64,000 nt of DNA from the sequence record OR805293.1, one strand, 5' to 3'. The position numbers were made by a program, and so were the translations under genes. Numbering within the stretch: position 1 is the stretch's first letter; every line of letters starts with the position of its first letter. Under the pieces are notes generated by a model. It saw only the letters and a program-made list of their open reading frames with translations. It searched no databases and was not told where the DNA came from. Of this stretch, positions 14,397-23,128 are shown in pieces.

Positions 14397-14534
14397 ATGT
14401 AGGAATGGGTTATATGTGAAGTGGATGTGTGATTGTGTTGTGGTGAAGTGATGGGATGGATTGATAGGGGTGAAGTGTTGGGAGTGAAGTGTTGGGAGTG
14501 AAGTGTTGGGAGTGATAGGGGTAAAATGGATTAT
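14397..14534 (+). repeat. Cytosine-free G/T-rich tract with 14-bp tandem repeat
   Basis: 138 nt with no C; gtgaagtgttggga x3 at 14470-14511, flanked by tgataggggt twice. Confidence 0.9.
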
Positions 14535-14666
14535 CTACTAGCACAATTGATTTAAAAAAATGCGTGCTAGCTCCACCATTCTAAAAAAAATAAAATCTTG
14601 CTATGCGAATGTATGCAGTTTTGCTATAATATTATTATATTTAATCTAATATAACGGAATTTTAAA

Positions 14667-15041
14667 ATGATATTTGTTTTTGGTAGTAATGAAGCGGGTC
14701 GACATGGCGCTGGCGCAGCAAAATTTGCACTACAGCGTAAAGGTGCAATCTACGGTATCGGTGTAGGTCATCATGGACAAAGTTATGCAATTCCTACTAA
14801 AGATCATAACATAATTACACTACCGTATGCTGATATAGAAAAATATGTTGAGCAGTTTTTAGAATATGCGAAAAATAATCCACAATTGCAATTTCAGGTA
14901 ACCCGAATTGGTTGTGGTCTAGCAGGTTTCACTGATAACGAAATAGCTCCGCTGTTTGTTACTGCATCAGATAATTGCTATTTCGATAGCGCCTGGTCGC
15001 CTTATCTTCCTAGCAATTTTAAATTTTGGGGAAGTTTATGA
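14667..15041 (+). CDS. Macro-domain-like phage protein (A1S_2505-type family)
   Basis: IFVFGSNxAGxHGAGAA...GQSYAIPT...VTxIGCGLAG motifs. Confidence 0.8.
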   Translation: MIFVFGSNEAGRHGAGAAKFALQRKGAIYGIGVGHHGQSYAIPTKDHNIITLPYADIEKYVEQFLEYAKNNPQLQFQVTRIGCGLAGFTDNEIAPLFVTASDNCYFDSAWSPYLPSNFKFWGSL

Positions 15042-15253
15042 ATATAATAGAGAAAATACAAGACTATAATAGTGTTTTTGATAGAATAACAGTCTCGTAT
15101 TTATTGCAATTAATAACAGGGAGTGAAAAGTTAACTAACTTTGACTTTATCAATATAAAGATAGTAACATATAAAACTAGTGTAACTAGTAAACCTAGTG
15201 CAACATTAGAATATAGAACATGCAGTTTTCCTATAAAAATAGGATTAGTATAG
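15038..15253 (+). CDS. AT-rich mini-ORF (71 aa)
   Basis: ATGA overlap with 14667..15041. Confidence 0.6.
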   Translation: MNIIEKIQDYNSVFDRITVSYLLQLITGSEKLTNFDFINIKIVTYKTSVTSKPSATLEYRTCSFPIKIGLV

Positions 15254-15468
15254 TGAATAAACAAGCAGAATATATTCACGCATACATTAAGGTATTAAGC
15301 GTCTGTTCTATTAATAAAATTATTAATAAGCGTGTGAACCATTTTAGTATATACATAACAGAAGTTATTCATGATTTTGATGGAAAATATTTAATTGTGA
15401 GAGCTAAATTTTATATTGTAGGTATTTACGGTTGTTATAGCAAGCCGGTTATATACAGATGCATATAG
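15253..15468 (+). CDS. AT-rich mini-ORF (71 aa, GTG start)
   Basis: TAGTG overlap with the upstream stop. Confidence 0.55.
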   Translation: MNKQAEYIHAYIKVLSVCSINKIINKRVNHFSIYITEVIHDFDGKYLIVRAKFYIVGIYGCYSKPVIYRCI

Positions 15469-15653
15469 ATATATTAGATTATTCGGCACGTTTCGGTAGA
15501 AGGTCTAAAGCCGTATATATGTTAATTTACCTTGCGTTTTTAACGGTTAATACTAAACATATAAAAATAAAAATAGATAAATCGTCTAGAGTTTTCTTTT
15601 CTATGATAGAAAACAACAATTTAAGATATAGTATAGGTATAGTATGTCAATAA
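15459..15653 (+). CDS. AT-rich mini-ORF (64 aa)
   Basis: 10-nt overlaps on both sides. Confidence 0.55.
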   Translation: MHIDILDYSARFGRRSKAVYMLIYLAFLTVNTKHIKIKIDKSSRVFFSMIENNNLRYSIGIVCQ

Positions 15654-15901
15654 AGGATATACTAATTTTATCTAATTTCTTTAATAAAGGAAAGTCGATT
15701 GCATCTATTTGTCCTATGCTAACAGTAAATTCAAATCTTGCTCCTTTAGAAATGCCGTTCAAAAACATAAAACTTCTAAATGTAAATATACATTTTTCCA
15801 AAGCTACCTCAAACCACATAAAATATGAGTTTACTTTTGTAACAGACAGTGCCGTACTTAACTACTTAAATGGATATGCAGTGTATATAAGACATGATTA
15901 A
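15644..15901 (+). CDS. AT-rich mini-ORF (85 aa)
   Basis: Overlapping run. Confidence 0.55.
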   Translation: MSIKDILILSNFFNKGKSIASICPMLTVNSNLAPLEMPFKNIKLLNVNIHFSKATSNHIKYEFTFVTDSAVLNYLNGYAVYIRHD

Positions 15902-16115
15902 ATTTTTTGACAGTGTTACCAATATCCTATTTTTATCCCATTATATTATTGTAAATGATAAACTTATATCTGCATTTGTAAAATTTTACAATACGGATAA
16001 AAATAAAGATGTTAAACCGCATTTTATTATAGTTACAGACTATTATAATAGAATATCGAAAAATATATTTTTCGTAGTAGACGATGCGTATTATGTAACT
16101 AGGTATAACGAATGA
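15894..16115 (+). CDS. AT-rich mini-ORF (73 aa)
   Basis: 8-nt and 4-nt overlaps. Confidence 0.55.
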   Translation: MIKFFDSVTNILFLSHYIIVNDKLISAFVKFYNTDKNKDVKPHFIIVTDYYNRISKNIFFVVDDAYYVTRYNE

Positions 16116-16351
16116 ATTATCATACCAAACTTTTTACATCAGTTAATACATTTTCTATATCACATGCCATGCACTGCAATATATGTAATGCACATTTAGC
16201 TAACATAACGTTTTTATTTTATATTAAAGATGCATATTGTGTCGATTTGCATCACGTTAAGTTAACAACAAAAAAATTGTTTAATAAAGATGAAATTTAT
16301 ATGTTTACTAATATAAATTCTTTAAAAATATGTGAAATACGTTGTGTATAA
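16112..16351 (+). CDS. AT-rich mini-ORF (79 aa, His/Cys-rich)
   Basis: ATGA overlap. Confidence 0.55.
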   Translation: MNYHTKLFTSVNTFSISHAMHCNICNAHLANITFLFYIKDAYCVDLHHVKLTTKKLFNKDEIYMFTNINSLKICEIRCV

Positions 16352-16496
16352 CTTTAACTTTTTATATTATAATAAAAAGATTATAGTTTTATAGCATGAT
16401 TGAGAATCATCTAAATTTATGTTTATTGTATATACGAATGCCTAATAATCTTACTTATTAACGTACTATTCGACATTATAGGATTTTATAATTGAT

Positions 16497-16682
16497 ATGT
16501 ATATAATAGACCTGCAATATTTTTATTCCTACAAATCTATAATAAAATCTATAATATATATTAACCCACATTCCATTAATGTACGTTTTTCATTAATAAA
16601 ATACCACTACGCATGGCTAGTATATACTAGTCACGGTCATACATTATTCAACAAATTAATAACAGATAATGTTGCTAAGTAA
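16497..16682 (+). CDS. AT-rich mini-ORF (61 aa)
   Basis: ORF track only. Confidence 0.45.
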   Translation: MYIIDLQYFYSYKSIIKSIIYINPHSINVRFSLIKYHYAWLVYTSHGHTLFNKLITDNVAK

Positions 16683-16783
16683 TAGTTTCATATTTGCTTA
16701 TAAACACAATGTTTACATAATTGTATTACATAGTGTATTATTAAGTATTGTTGCAAGGATCGCAACAACGGAGATAACAAGGA

Positions 16784-16960
16784 ATGTTAACAATTTCATC
16801 AGTAGAATTAGCATATGTAAATACTACATGCCTTTTTAGGGCATCTATGTTGCTAAGGGAAATGCCAGGTAGTAATATAAGAGTTTATCTAGGTAAAAAA
16901 GTACAAACGATGGTAATGTTGTCACGTACATTACCTGTTAAAATTGGATATATTCCGTAG
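16784..16960 (+). CDS. Hypothetical protein (58 aa)
   Basis: Promoter TTTACA-18-TATTAT at 16712-16741, leader hairpin ttgttgc/gcaacaa, GGAG RBS. Confidence 0.65.
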   Translation: MLTISSVELAYVNTTCLFRASMLLREMPGSNIRVYLGKKVQTMVMLSRTLPVKIGYIP

Positions 16961-16972
16961 AAGGGTTAAGAA

Positions 16973-17950
16973 ATGACTATAGTATATGCACATGAAATAA
17001 AAAATGATGTTTTTGTAGTTAGAACTAGTGCATATCTGTTTAACAATAATACAGTAATCCCTAGGCAAAATAACGGAAAACCTATTATTTCTGTCGATTT
17101 TGCTATACATGACGGAATAAAAGAATATGCAGTAAAAAGTAATGGTTTGATAGAATTTTATGCATCTAAAGACGACATAGAAACTAAACAGTACACAATA
17201 ATAACATATATTCATTATGTTTCTCATTATATTCATTCTGTAGATAATACCATATTGTCTGTTCAAGATTATGACACATTTAAACTATGTAATGAAATAG
17301 ATAAAGGATATTTAAATCTTTATTCCGAGTGCTATGCTAAGACAAAATACAAAGAAGATACAATCCAAATTGTCATACAAAATAAGCTCGAAAGTATTGA
17401 AGATGAAATGCTAAGAAAGCATGCAATGCCTGTATTTTTGCCAGATCCGCACAACGTAAGTTCTGGAAAATCAGTGTATTCTATAAATTTAGAAAATGTA
17501 ATTATAGATTACATTGAAACTAATGTTAATTCTGTAGTTAAAAATAAACTTGAACAAAAAATAAAAAATCCTTCTGATCCGTATTTTTATAAATCAAAAA
17601 TTCTTAGAAACCAATATTATATAGAAAAAACAAACATTTCTATTGCACTAAGTATAGGACAGTCACTACACAGTACACTCTATACTAGTAATACGTTCGT
17701 CGGGTCTATAGAAAGTATTAACATATCGTTAAAACATGCTATGAAACAATTAAAAATGATGTGCGATCTTTATATATCGTTAAATGATACATCAAATACC
17801 GATATGACCTTTTTAGTTAGCCATCTTGACTCACTAGCTAGAATAGTACGACAGATAGATTTTAAAATAAAAGATAAAGACAAAAGAACCTTATTAACTG
17901 ATTCGATTGATAAAATAAAAGAAAGTATAATAAAAAGAAAAGAAGATTAA
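16973..17950 (+). CDS. Hypothetical protein (325 aa)
   Basis: Long ORF; no recognised motif. Confidence 0.85.
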   Translation: MTIVYAHEIKNDVFVVRTSAYLFNNNTVIPRQNNGKPIISVDFAIHDGIKEYAVKSNGLIEFYASKDDIETKQYTIITYIHYVSHYIHSVDNTILSVQDYDTFKLCNEIDKGYLNLYSECYAKTKYKEDTIQIVIQNKLESIEDEMLRKHAMPVFLPDPHNVSSGKSVYSINLENVIIDYIETNVNSVVKNKLEQKIKNPSDPYFYKSKILRNQYYIEKTNISIALSIGQSLHSTLYTSNTFVGSIESINISLKHAMKQLKMMCDLYISLNDTSNTDMTFLVSHLDSLARIVRQIDFKIKDKDKRTLLTDSIDKIKESIIKRKED

Positions 17951-17963
17951 ATCTTCTTTTCTT

Positions 17964-19184
17964 TTATATTATTAAAATTGTTTTTGTATAAGTATACGTA
18001 TTATTGTCGTATGTAGTTACTCGCCACGTTATGTCTTGCGTCTGTCCCACTGTGCCGGAATTTGACGAAAAAGTCCATGTTCTGTTAACTACAACAGGAT
18101 CATTTGGTCTTACATAATTAACAGAGCCCTTTGAATTTGTTCTAGTTGTGTTAGATCCTACAGGCAGAGGGTATGCAACTCCGTCAAACACTATTTCTTC
18201 AGATACGATTGCTTGATAGCCGAATGTAAATATTGCAGATCCGGTTATGCTAGCACCCTGCTGTACTTGGTTAGGACCAGAAATGTTCATAGTAGGAACT
18301 ATTGCTGCACTATTTGTTAAATTATATAACAGTGCATAAGTAGGCGATATAACAGGATATATTGCACTAGAAATATGTTCTATTACTGTAAATTGCAAAT
18401 TTCCTTGAACTATAGTTTGTGTGTCAAATTCCGTAAATATTACATAAAATGATATAACAGATGGACTGTTTAACTTTGCTTGAACAGACATCTGGACGTT
18501 GTCTATTTTAAGTATAAAAACTGTTTGATATGTATTATTTAATTCATAGAACGTTTTAGTACATGGTTTGCTGTTAGTTGGTACGCTTGGTGCAGATATT
18601 CCGAAAAATACAACAGAATTTATATTTTCTAAAAGCTCCTTCATCTTTGTAGAAATAGTAGTGCTCGGCGAGGTCAACTGAGGCGTTATTCTTATTGCGC
18701 CACCTGTATTGAAAAATTGTCTTGCATGATTATTATCATTAAATGTGACAGTAAACTCAGAATATACAGATTGATCCCACGGAGCACTCGTTGGTCTACT
18801 AGATGTTAGTTTAGTAGTATAAGTCGGATTTGCTAATTTACCTCTATTAGTTTCTAATAAAGATAATGCATCGCCTAACGGTAATAGTGTACCGGGCGGT
18901 TGCATTACATCATAGTTATATGCAGCAATTGTGTTATTTGAAGATACAATTGCTGGCCAGGCAGCGCCTAGTAACGATGTGCCTTGATGTAATGCAATAG
19001 TTTGCATAGTAGAAAACAGTGTATTCCAGTTAGATGCACTGATTATATTTCCTATAGCAACTTGTTGTACAGGAACAGTCTGACCGTATCCGTAACTACC
19101 CGTTCCTGTACCTAAAATATTTTGTATTTTAGAAGAAAATAGATTATAATCAGCAGCCTGTATTACCTGATTTCTTGCGTACAT
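17964..19184 (-). CDS. Virion structural protein (baseplate/fibre-associated)
   Basis: Last gene of the late operon; I.A.DYN...I..ILGTG.G.YGYGQ N-terminus as in GAP32-like structural proteins. Confidence 0.7.
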   Translation of the reverse strand: MYARNQVIQAADYNLFSSKIQNILGTGTGSYGYGQTVPVQQVAIGNIISASNWNTLFSTMQTIALHQGTSLLGAAWPAIVSSNNTIAAYNYDVMQPPGTLLPLGDALSLLETNRGKLANPTYTTKLTSSRPTSAPWDQSVYSEFTVTFNDNNHARQFFNTGGAIRITPQLTSPSTTISTKMKELLENINSVVFFGISAPSVPTNSKPCTKTFYELNNTYQTVFILKIDNVQMSVQAKLNSPSVISFYVIFTEFDTQTIVQGNLQFTVIEHISSAIYPVISPTYALLYNLTNSAAIVPTMNISGPNQVQQGASITGSAIFTFGYQAIVSEEIVFDGVAYPLPVGSNTTRTNSKGSVNYVRPNDPVVVNRTWTFSSNSGTVGQTQDITWRVTTYDNNTYTYTKTILII

Positions 19185-20620
19185 TATTTAGAGCCTATTG
19201 CACATAAAACCAATTCTACATCCGATGTTGATTTAGAACTAATAGCACGTCCTATAATACTATATACACCCATAGGACCTAACTGTTGCAATTCTGACAT
19301 TGTTATTCTGCGAGCAACGCCAGGAACATCACTAGCAACTAATCTATCGCCCTTAGATATGGGTCCTATTACTTTCACGGGTACTCTTCCTGCTAATGCG
19401 ACAAACGGATGCGTGTCATCTGTCCCTGCGTCGGCATTCATCATTATGCCTGCACTTGTACTTATTACACCGAATACTTCTGTATCTGCATCGAGTGTTG
19501 TCATTGTTATTTCTTTAGAACCACCCAATTTAACTACAGTTCCTGTATCTAATTCTCCATCAGCTTCATATCTTTCTGCAAGATCTGCATATTTACTTGA
19601 TGTAGACGTGCCTATTAAATTAGTTCCATAAATATTTTGGAAAGGACTGGTTTGACTTCCTATAGAAGAAGTAGTTGTTCTAGCATTTATTTTAGATGTT
19701 GTTATTTCGTTTATGTATGATAGGCCAAATGCATTATTAACATCACCGATTGTGGTAGTATCAGGTACACCAGGAATTATCTTATCTCTTGCATATAATT
19801 CCATACCGTATATTTTAGAATATCTATTTGTATCTGAACCTAAAGTAAACGCATTAGTTGTGCTAGGTATTAAGTTAGTAATAACACCATAACCTGGCTG
19901 CCCAGATCCGACCGATAAACTATTAGCATACATCCCGCTTGCATATATACCTGCAATTCTACTCGAAGCACTACCTAGAGTATCAGTTGTGTTTTTCATC
20001 CCAACTGCTGTATCACTAAGAGGTATAAAACCTAAAGTAATATTACCGTTTGATCTAGAAAATACAATTTCTTGTGTTGCAAGAAATCTTCTTGCATATA
20101 TATCTGCAAATGTTAAACTTGCCGAACCTATAGAATACTGAGAATTTGTACTGGGTAGTACATTACCGCCTATAGTAGTAGAACCTAATTGAGTTGTTCC
20201 TGCAACTAAATTAGTTGTATTAACTGTACTGAAATAACCGACTCTGAATCTATTTGCGGCTGCGCCTAAATCTACTGTATTTGTTGCAGGAATTATTGTA
20301 GAATCTACTGTACTTATTAATGATTTCCACGATGCATGATTTGGGTTTGCACTAGTGTTGTCTGTAGAATTGACAGGATCGTTTCCTATCCACACTTTCA
20401 TTACATTAGTTCTAGTATCAAACCAAAGTTGCCCTTTTATTGCACCCCGAGGAGATGTATTATTTGCAAAGTTTTCTAATGTTCTTATTGTAGACTGTGC
20501 TAAAGATTGTCCATATGCAGGTGTTATTCTACCAACTAAGCTAGTAGAATATACGTTAGATATAGTACCGTCAGGTATTGCTATTATATTTCCGTTTGAC
20601 TTTGTAATTGTATATGACAT
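19184..20620 (-). CDS. Tail fibre-like protein with C-terminal intramolecular chaperone (peptidase G2-like) domain
   Basis: ADLAERYEAD...GTVVKLGG...VALAGRVPVKV...KGDRLV...IGRA; N-terminus paralogous to 20623..22368. Confidence 0.75.
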   Translation of the reverse strand: MSYTITKSNGNIIAIPDGTISNVYSTSLVGRITPAYGQSLAQSTIRTLENFANNTSPRGAIKGQLWFDTRTNVMKVWIGNDPVNSTDNTSANPNHASWKSLISTVDSTIIPATNTVDLGAAANRFRVGYFSTVNTTNLVAGTTQLGSTTIGGNVLPSTNSQYSIGSASLTFADIYARRFLATQEIVFSRSNGNITLGFIPLSDTAVGMKNTTDTLGSASSRIAGIYASGMYANSLSVGSGQPGYGVITNLIPSTTNAFTLGSDTNRYSKIYGMELYARDKIIPGVPDTTTIGDVNNAFGLSYINEITTSKINARTTTSSIGSQTSPFQNIYGTNLIGTSTSSKYADLAERYEADGELDTGTVVKLGGSKEITMTTLDADTEVFGVISTSAGIMMNADAGTDDTHPFVALAGRVPVKVIGPISKGDRLVASDVPGVARRITMSELQQLGPMGVYSIIGRAISSKSTSDVELVLCAIGSK

Positions 20621-20622
20621 TA

Positions 20623-22368
20623 TTAACCTACCCTAATCCATACGTATGCACATTGCCACGGAGATTGGTTATTATGTTTTCCGTCGCCGCCGACAGAAGA
20701 AGTTAGAGGAGCTGTGGTAACGCTCTGGAATCCGTAACCGTCTTCGACCCTAGCAGATTGACCGCCGACTGAACCGAATCTACCCGATTGCGAAACGTTA
20801 TTTCCGAAACCTTGTATATGCTGATGCGCTGGCATCTCTGCTACAGTAAGTTTATGGAAATAAGTTCCTCCTGTTGATCCGGCAGCATATCCACCCGAAT
20901 CTCCATTTGCATCAGTAGTAGATCCGTTCCCGACTATAGATCTGCCCTGTGCATACGGATTCCAGACCCCGAATCCTAAATAAGTTGCTGGGTTTGCCGA
21001 ATTAGTTGCGTTAATGTATACAGAACCTATAGGATATACTAATTCTCTAGTAGCTGCAATGGCAGTTAAAATTTTCTGATCTACTTGGTCTTGGGTATAA
21101 ACGGTAGGAAGATTGCCAGTATGCCATATTCTTTGACCGTTTATATATAGTGCGCCGTCGTTTACGCCATCTGTATGCAGTCGAACATCGTAATCAGTAG
21201 AAGAGTTCGTGGCATGGTGAAAATCTAAATACCTAGCTATTTCTGTAACACCAGATGTACTAACAACAGGAATCTTGTTAGCCATATTTCCAGGAACACC
21301 AGGTGCTATAACATCGTGTGACGCTGCTGTGCCTAATCCAACTACAGTTGTGTTCATTGTAACGTTTGTAGTACCGTCTAATACTACTGAACCTAAAACA
21401 TTTCCAGTTAGTGTTAATGTTCTGCCAAACGTCCATTTATCTGCAGAAGCTGCTCTGGTTGCATTAGTCGCACTTGATGCATTACCTACGAAATTTACAG
21501 AATACATGTTTCTATAGCGCCGAGTAGTAGAACCTAAGTCATACGTATTATCTATTACAGGCATCAAATGAGAATTTAAACCTTGATTTGTGCCAGTTCC
21601 TAGTGTTAATAACGTCGTATTTACATCTTGGCCGAAGAATCTTGTTACTCTATATGAAGTACCACCTATAATCCATGTGCCCCTACAGAATAAATCGTTA
21701 TTAGGTCCGTTTTCTAATGCTATAACAGAAGAACCATTAGTAAAAGTTATACCACCAGAATTAATCCATGCTTTCTTTGTATATAAATTATCCCATTGTT
21801 TTGCAGACGAACCCAAACTAGATGATGTTATAAACTGACAAGGATTCGGCATAGTCGATTGGGTTTCGGGTAATATGTCGCCTTGAACTGAAGTATTTCC
21901 TACAACTGTAAGAGCAGTTCTGTTAGAACTAGATGTACATTTTCTTAAAGTTGCTTCTGTTCCGAAAAAGCCTACTGCATAGATATTTTTAAATCTAAGG
22001 GTAGGAGACCCTATATTAATTGTATTATCAACCTTTGGCAATAGATCTTGTATTAATGCTCCGCCAATAGGAGTCCACATTTCGTTAGATCTATCTGCAC
22101 TAGTGTTATCGTTGGGAGATAGAGGGTCTGCTCCTTTCCATACTTTAAGTATTTCCTGCTGGGTATCATACCACAGTTGGCCCTTAATGGCTCCACGAGG
22201 CGGAATTGTATTGGCAAAATTTTCTAAATGCCTAATTGTACTCTGTGCTATTTCTCCGCCATACGGTGATATGTCTTTGCCTAGTAATGGCAAAGTATAA
22301 TTCTCTAATATCGTTTGGTCTGCAACAGTAATAGGGGTGCCGTTACTTTTGGAAATATTATATGACAT
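20623..22368 (-). CDS. Baseplate wedge / tail-pin protein (gp10-like C-terminus)
   Basis: YPIGSVYINA...NPATYLGFGVW...GG...HKLTxAEMPAHQH...HNN.SPW..AYVWIR. Confidence 0.75.
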   Translation of the reverse strand: MSYNISKSNGTPITVADQTILENYTLPLLGKDISPYGGEIAQSTIRHLENFANTIPPRGAIKGQLWYDTQQEILKVWKGADPLSPNDNTSADRSNEMWTPIGGALIQDLLPKVDNTINIGSPTLRFKNIYAVGFFGTEATLRKCTSSSNRTALTVVGNTSVQGDILPETQSTMPNPCQFITSSSLGSSAKQWDNLYTKKAWINSGGITFTNGSSVIALENGPNNDLFCRGTWIIGGTSYRVTRFFGQDVNTTLLTLGTGTNQGLNSHLMPVIDNTYDLGSTTRRYRNMYSVNFVGNASSATNATRAASADKWTFGRTLTLTGNVLGSVVLDGTTNVTMNTTVVGLGTAASHDVIAPGVPGNMANKIPVVSTSGVTEIARYLDFHHATNSSTDYDVRLHTDGVNDGALYINGQRIWHTGNLPTVYTQDQVDQKILTAIAATRELVYPIGSVYINATNSANPATYLGFGVWNPYAQGRSIVGNGSTTDANGDSGGYAAGSTGGTYFHKLTVAEMPAHQHIQGFGNNVSQSGRFGSVGGQSARVEDGYGFQSVTTAPLTSSVGGDGKHNNQSPWQCAYVWIRVG

Positions 22369-22371
22369 AAA

Positions 22372-22977
22372 TTACCCCATTTGCACTCTAACAGTATATT
22401 GTATTTGTAATGCTCTATTAGATGATTTTTGTATAGGATGGAATATTACATGAGTAATCATTATTGCTTCACTTTGATCTAAATTTCCGGCTATACTGGG
22501 CGGACCTACATATAACGCAATTTCATCGAATACAGAACTATCTTTATTATCTTCTGCAAAACTGGGAGCTCTGTCTATAATTTGTTGTTGTAGTCCTGCT
22601 TCATCATATGCAAGAGTAGTGGTTACTTTTAAATCTGAAAAGTTTGTACTTCCTAAAATAACTTCTATTTTATTTTGAAGTGTATTATCTATTTCTTTTT
22701 TAAATGTTTCGTTATATAACGAATCGTCGGGATTGCGTATAATAGAAACATTGGGTTCCCTATAAATTATTTCACCCTCAGCAGTCACTCGAGTACCGCC
22801 ATTGCCGAAAGCCATATATCTTACGTGCCCGTTATCTTGTCCAGCCAATGCAGATACTATAGCAGCAGCCAAATTACCGAAATGAATTGCATTCTTTTTG
22901 CTAAGAAGTATTTCACCCGTGTCTTTATCTACAATAGTAAGATGCCCAATAGCACGGATAGTTCCACTATCTTGCAT
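22372..22977 (-). CDS. Baseplate protein (gp8-position)
   Basis: Conserved jumbo-phage pattern KKNAIHFGN...MAFGNGG...FDEIALY...THVIFHPIQKSSNR..QI.YTVR. Confidence 0.65.
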   Translation of the reverse strand: MQDSGTIRAIGHLTIVDKDTGEILLSKKNAIHFGNLAAAIVSALAGQDNGHVRYMAFGNGGTRVTAEGEIIYREPNVSIIRNPDDSLYNETFKKEIDNTLQNKIEVILGSTNFSDLKVTTTLAYDEAGLQQQIIDRAPSFAEDNKDSSVFDEIALYVGPPSIAGNLDQSEAIMITHVIFHPIQKSSNRALQIQYTVRVQMG

Positions 22978-22978
22978 A

Positions 22979-23104
22979 TTAACCCCTTTTATTTAATAAT
23001 TCTTTATTTGTTTTCAGATCTACAATTTTAACGTGATCGAGGGCGTGACCGAGCACGTCCTCGTCTGGTTTTTTATTGTTACTGTTATCTTTCTTATCAT
23101 CCAT
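22979..23104 (-). CDS. 41-aa late protein, probably leaderless; resembles the N-terminus of 22372..22977
   Basis: MDDKKDNSNNKKPDEDVLGHALDHVKIVDLKTNKELLNKRG; ATG 5 nt after late promoter GATAAATA (23117-23110). Confidence 0.75.
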   Translation of the reverse strand: MDDKKDNSNNKKPDEDVLGHALDHVKIVDLKTNKELLNKRG

Positions 23105-23128
23105 ATCGATATTTATCTGTGTTTTAAA

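Noticed and set aside
14568-14578. TAGCTCCACCA, resembling a tRNA-Ala or tmRNA 3' end (possible attP)
   Set aside because: No T-loop or cloverleaf upstream and no integrase in the window; an 11-nt match can be chance.
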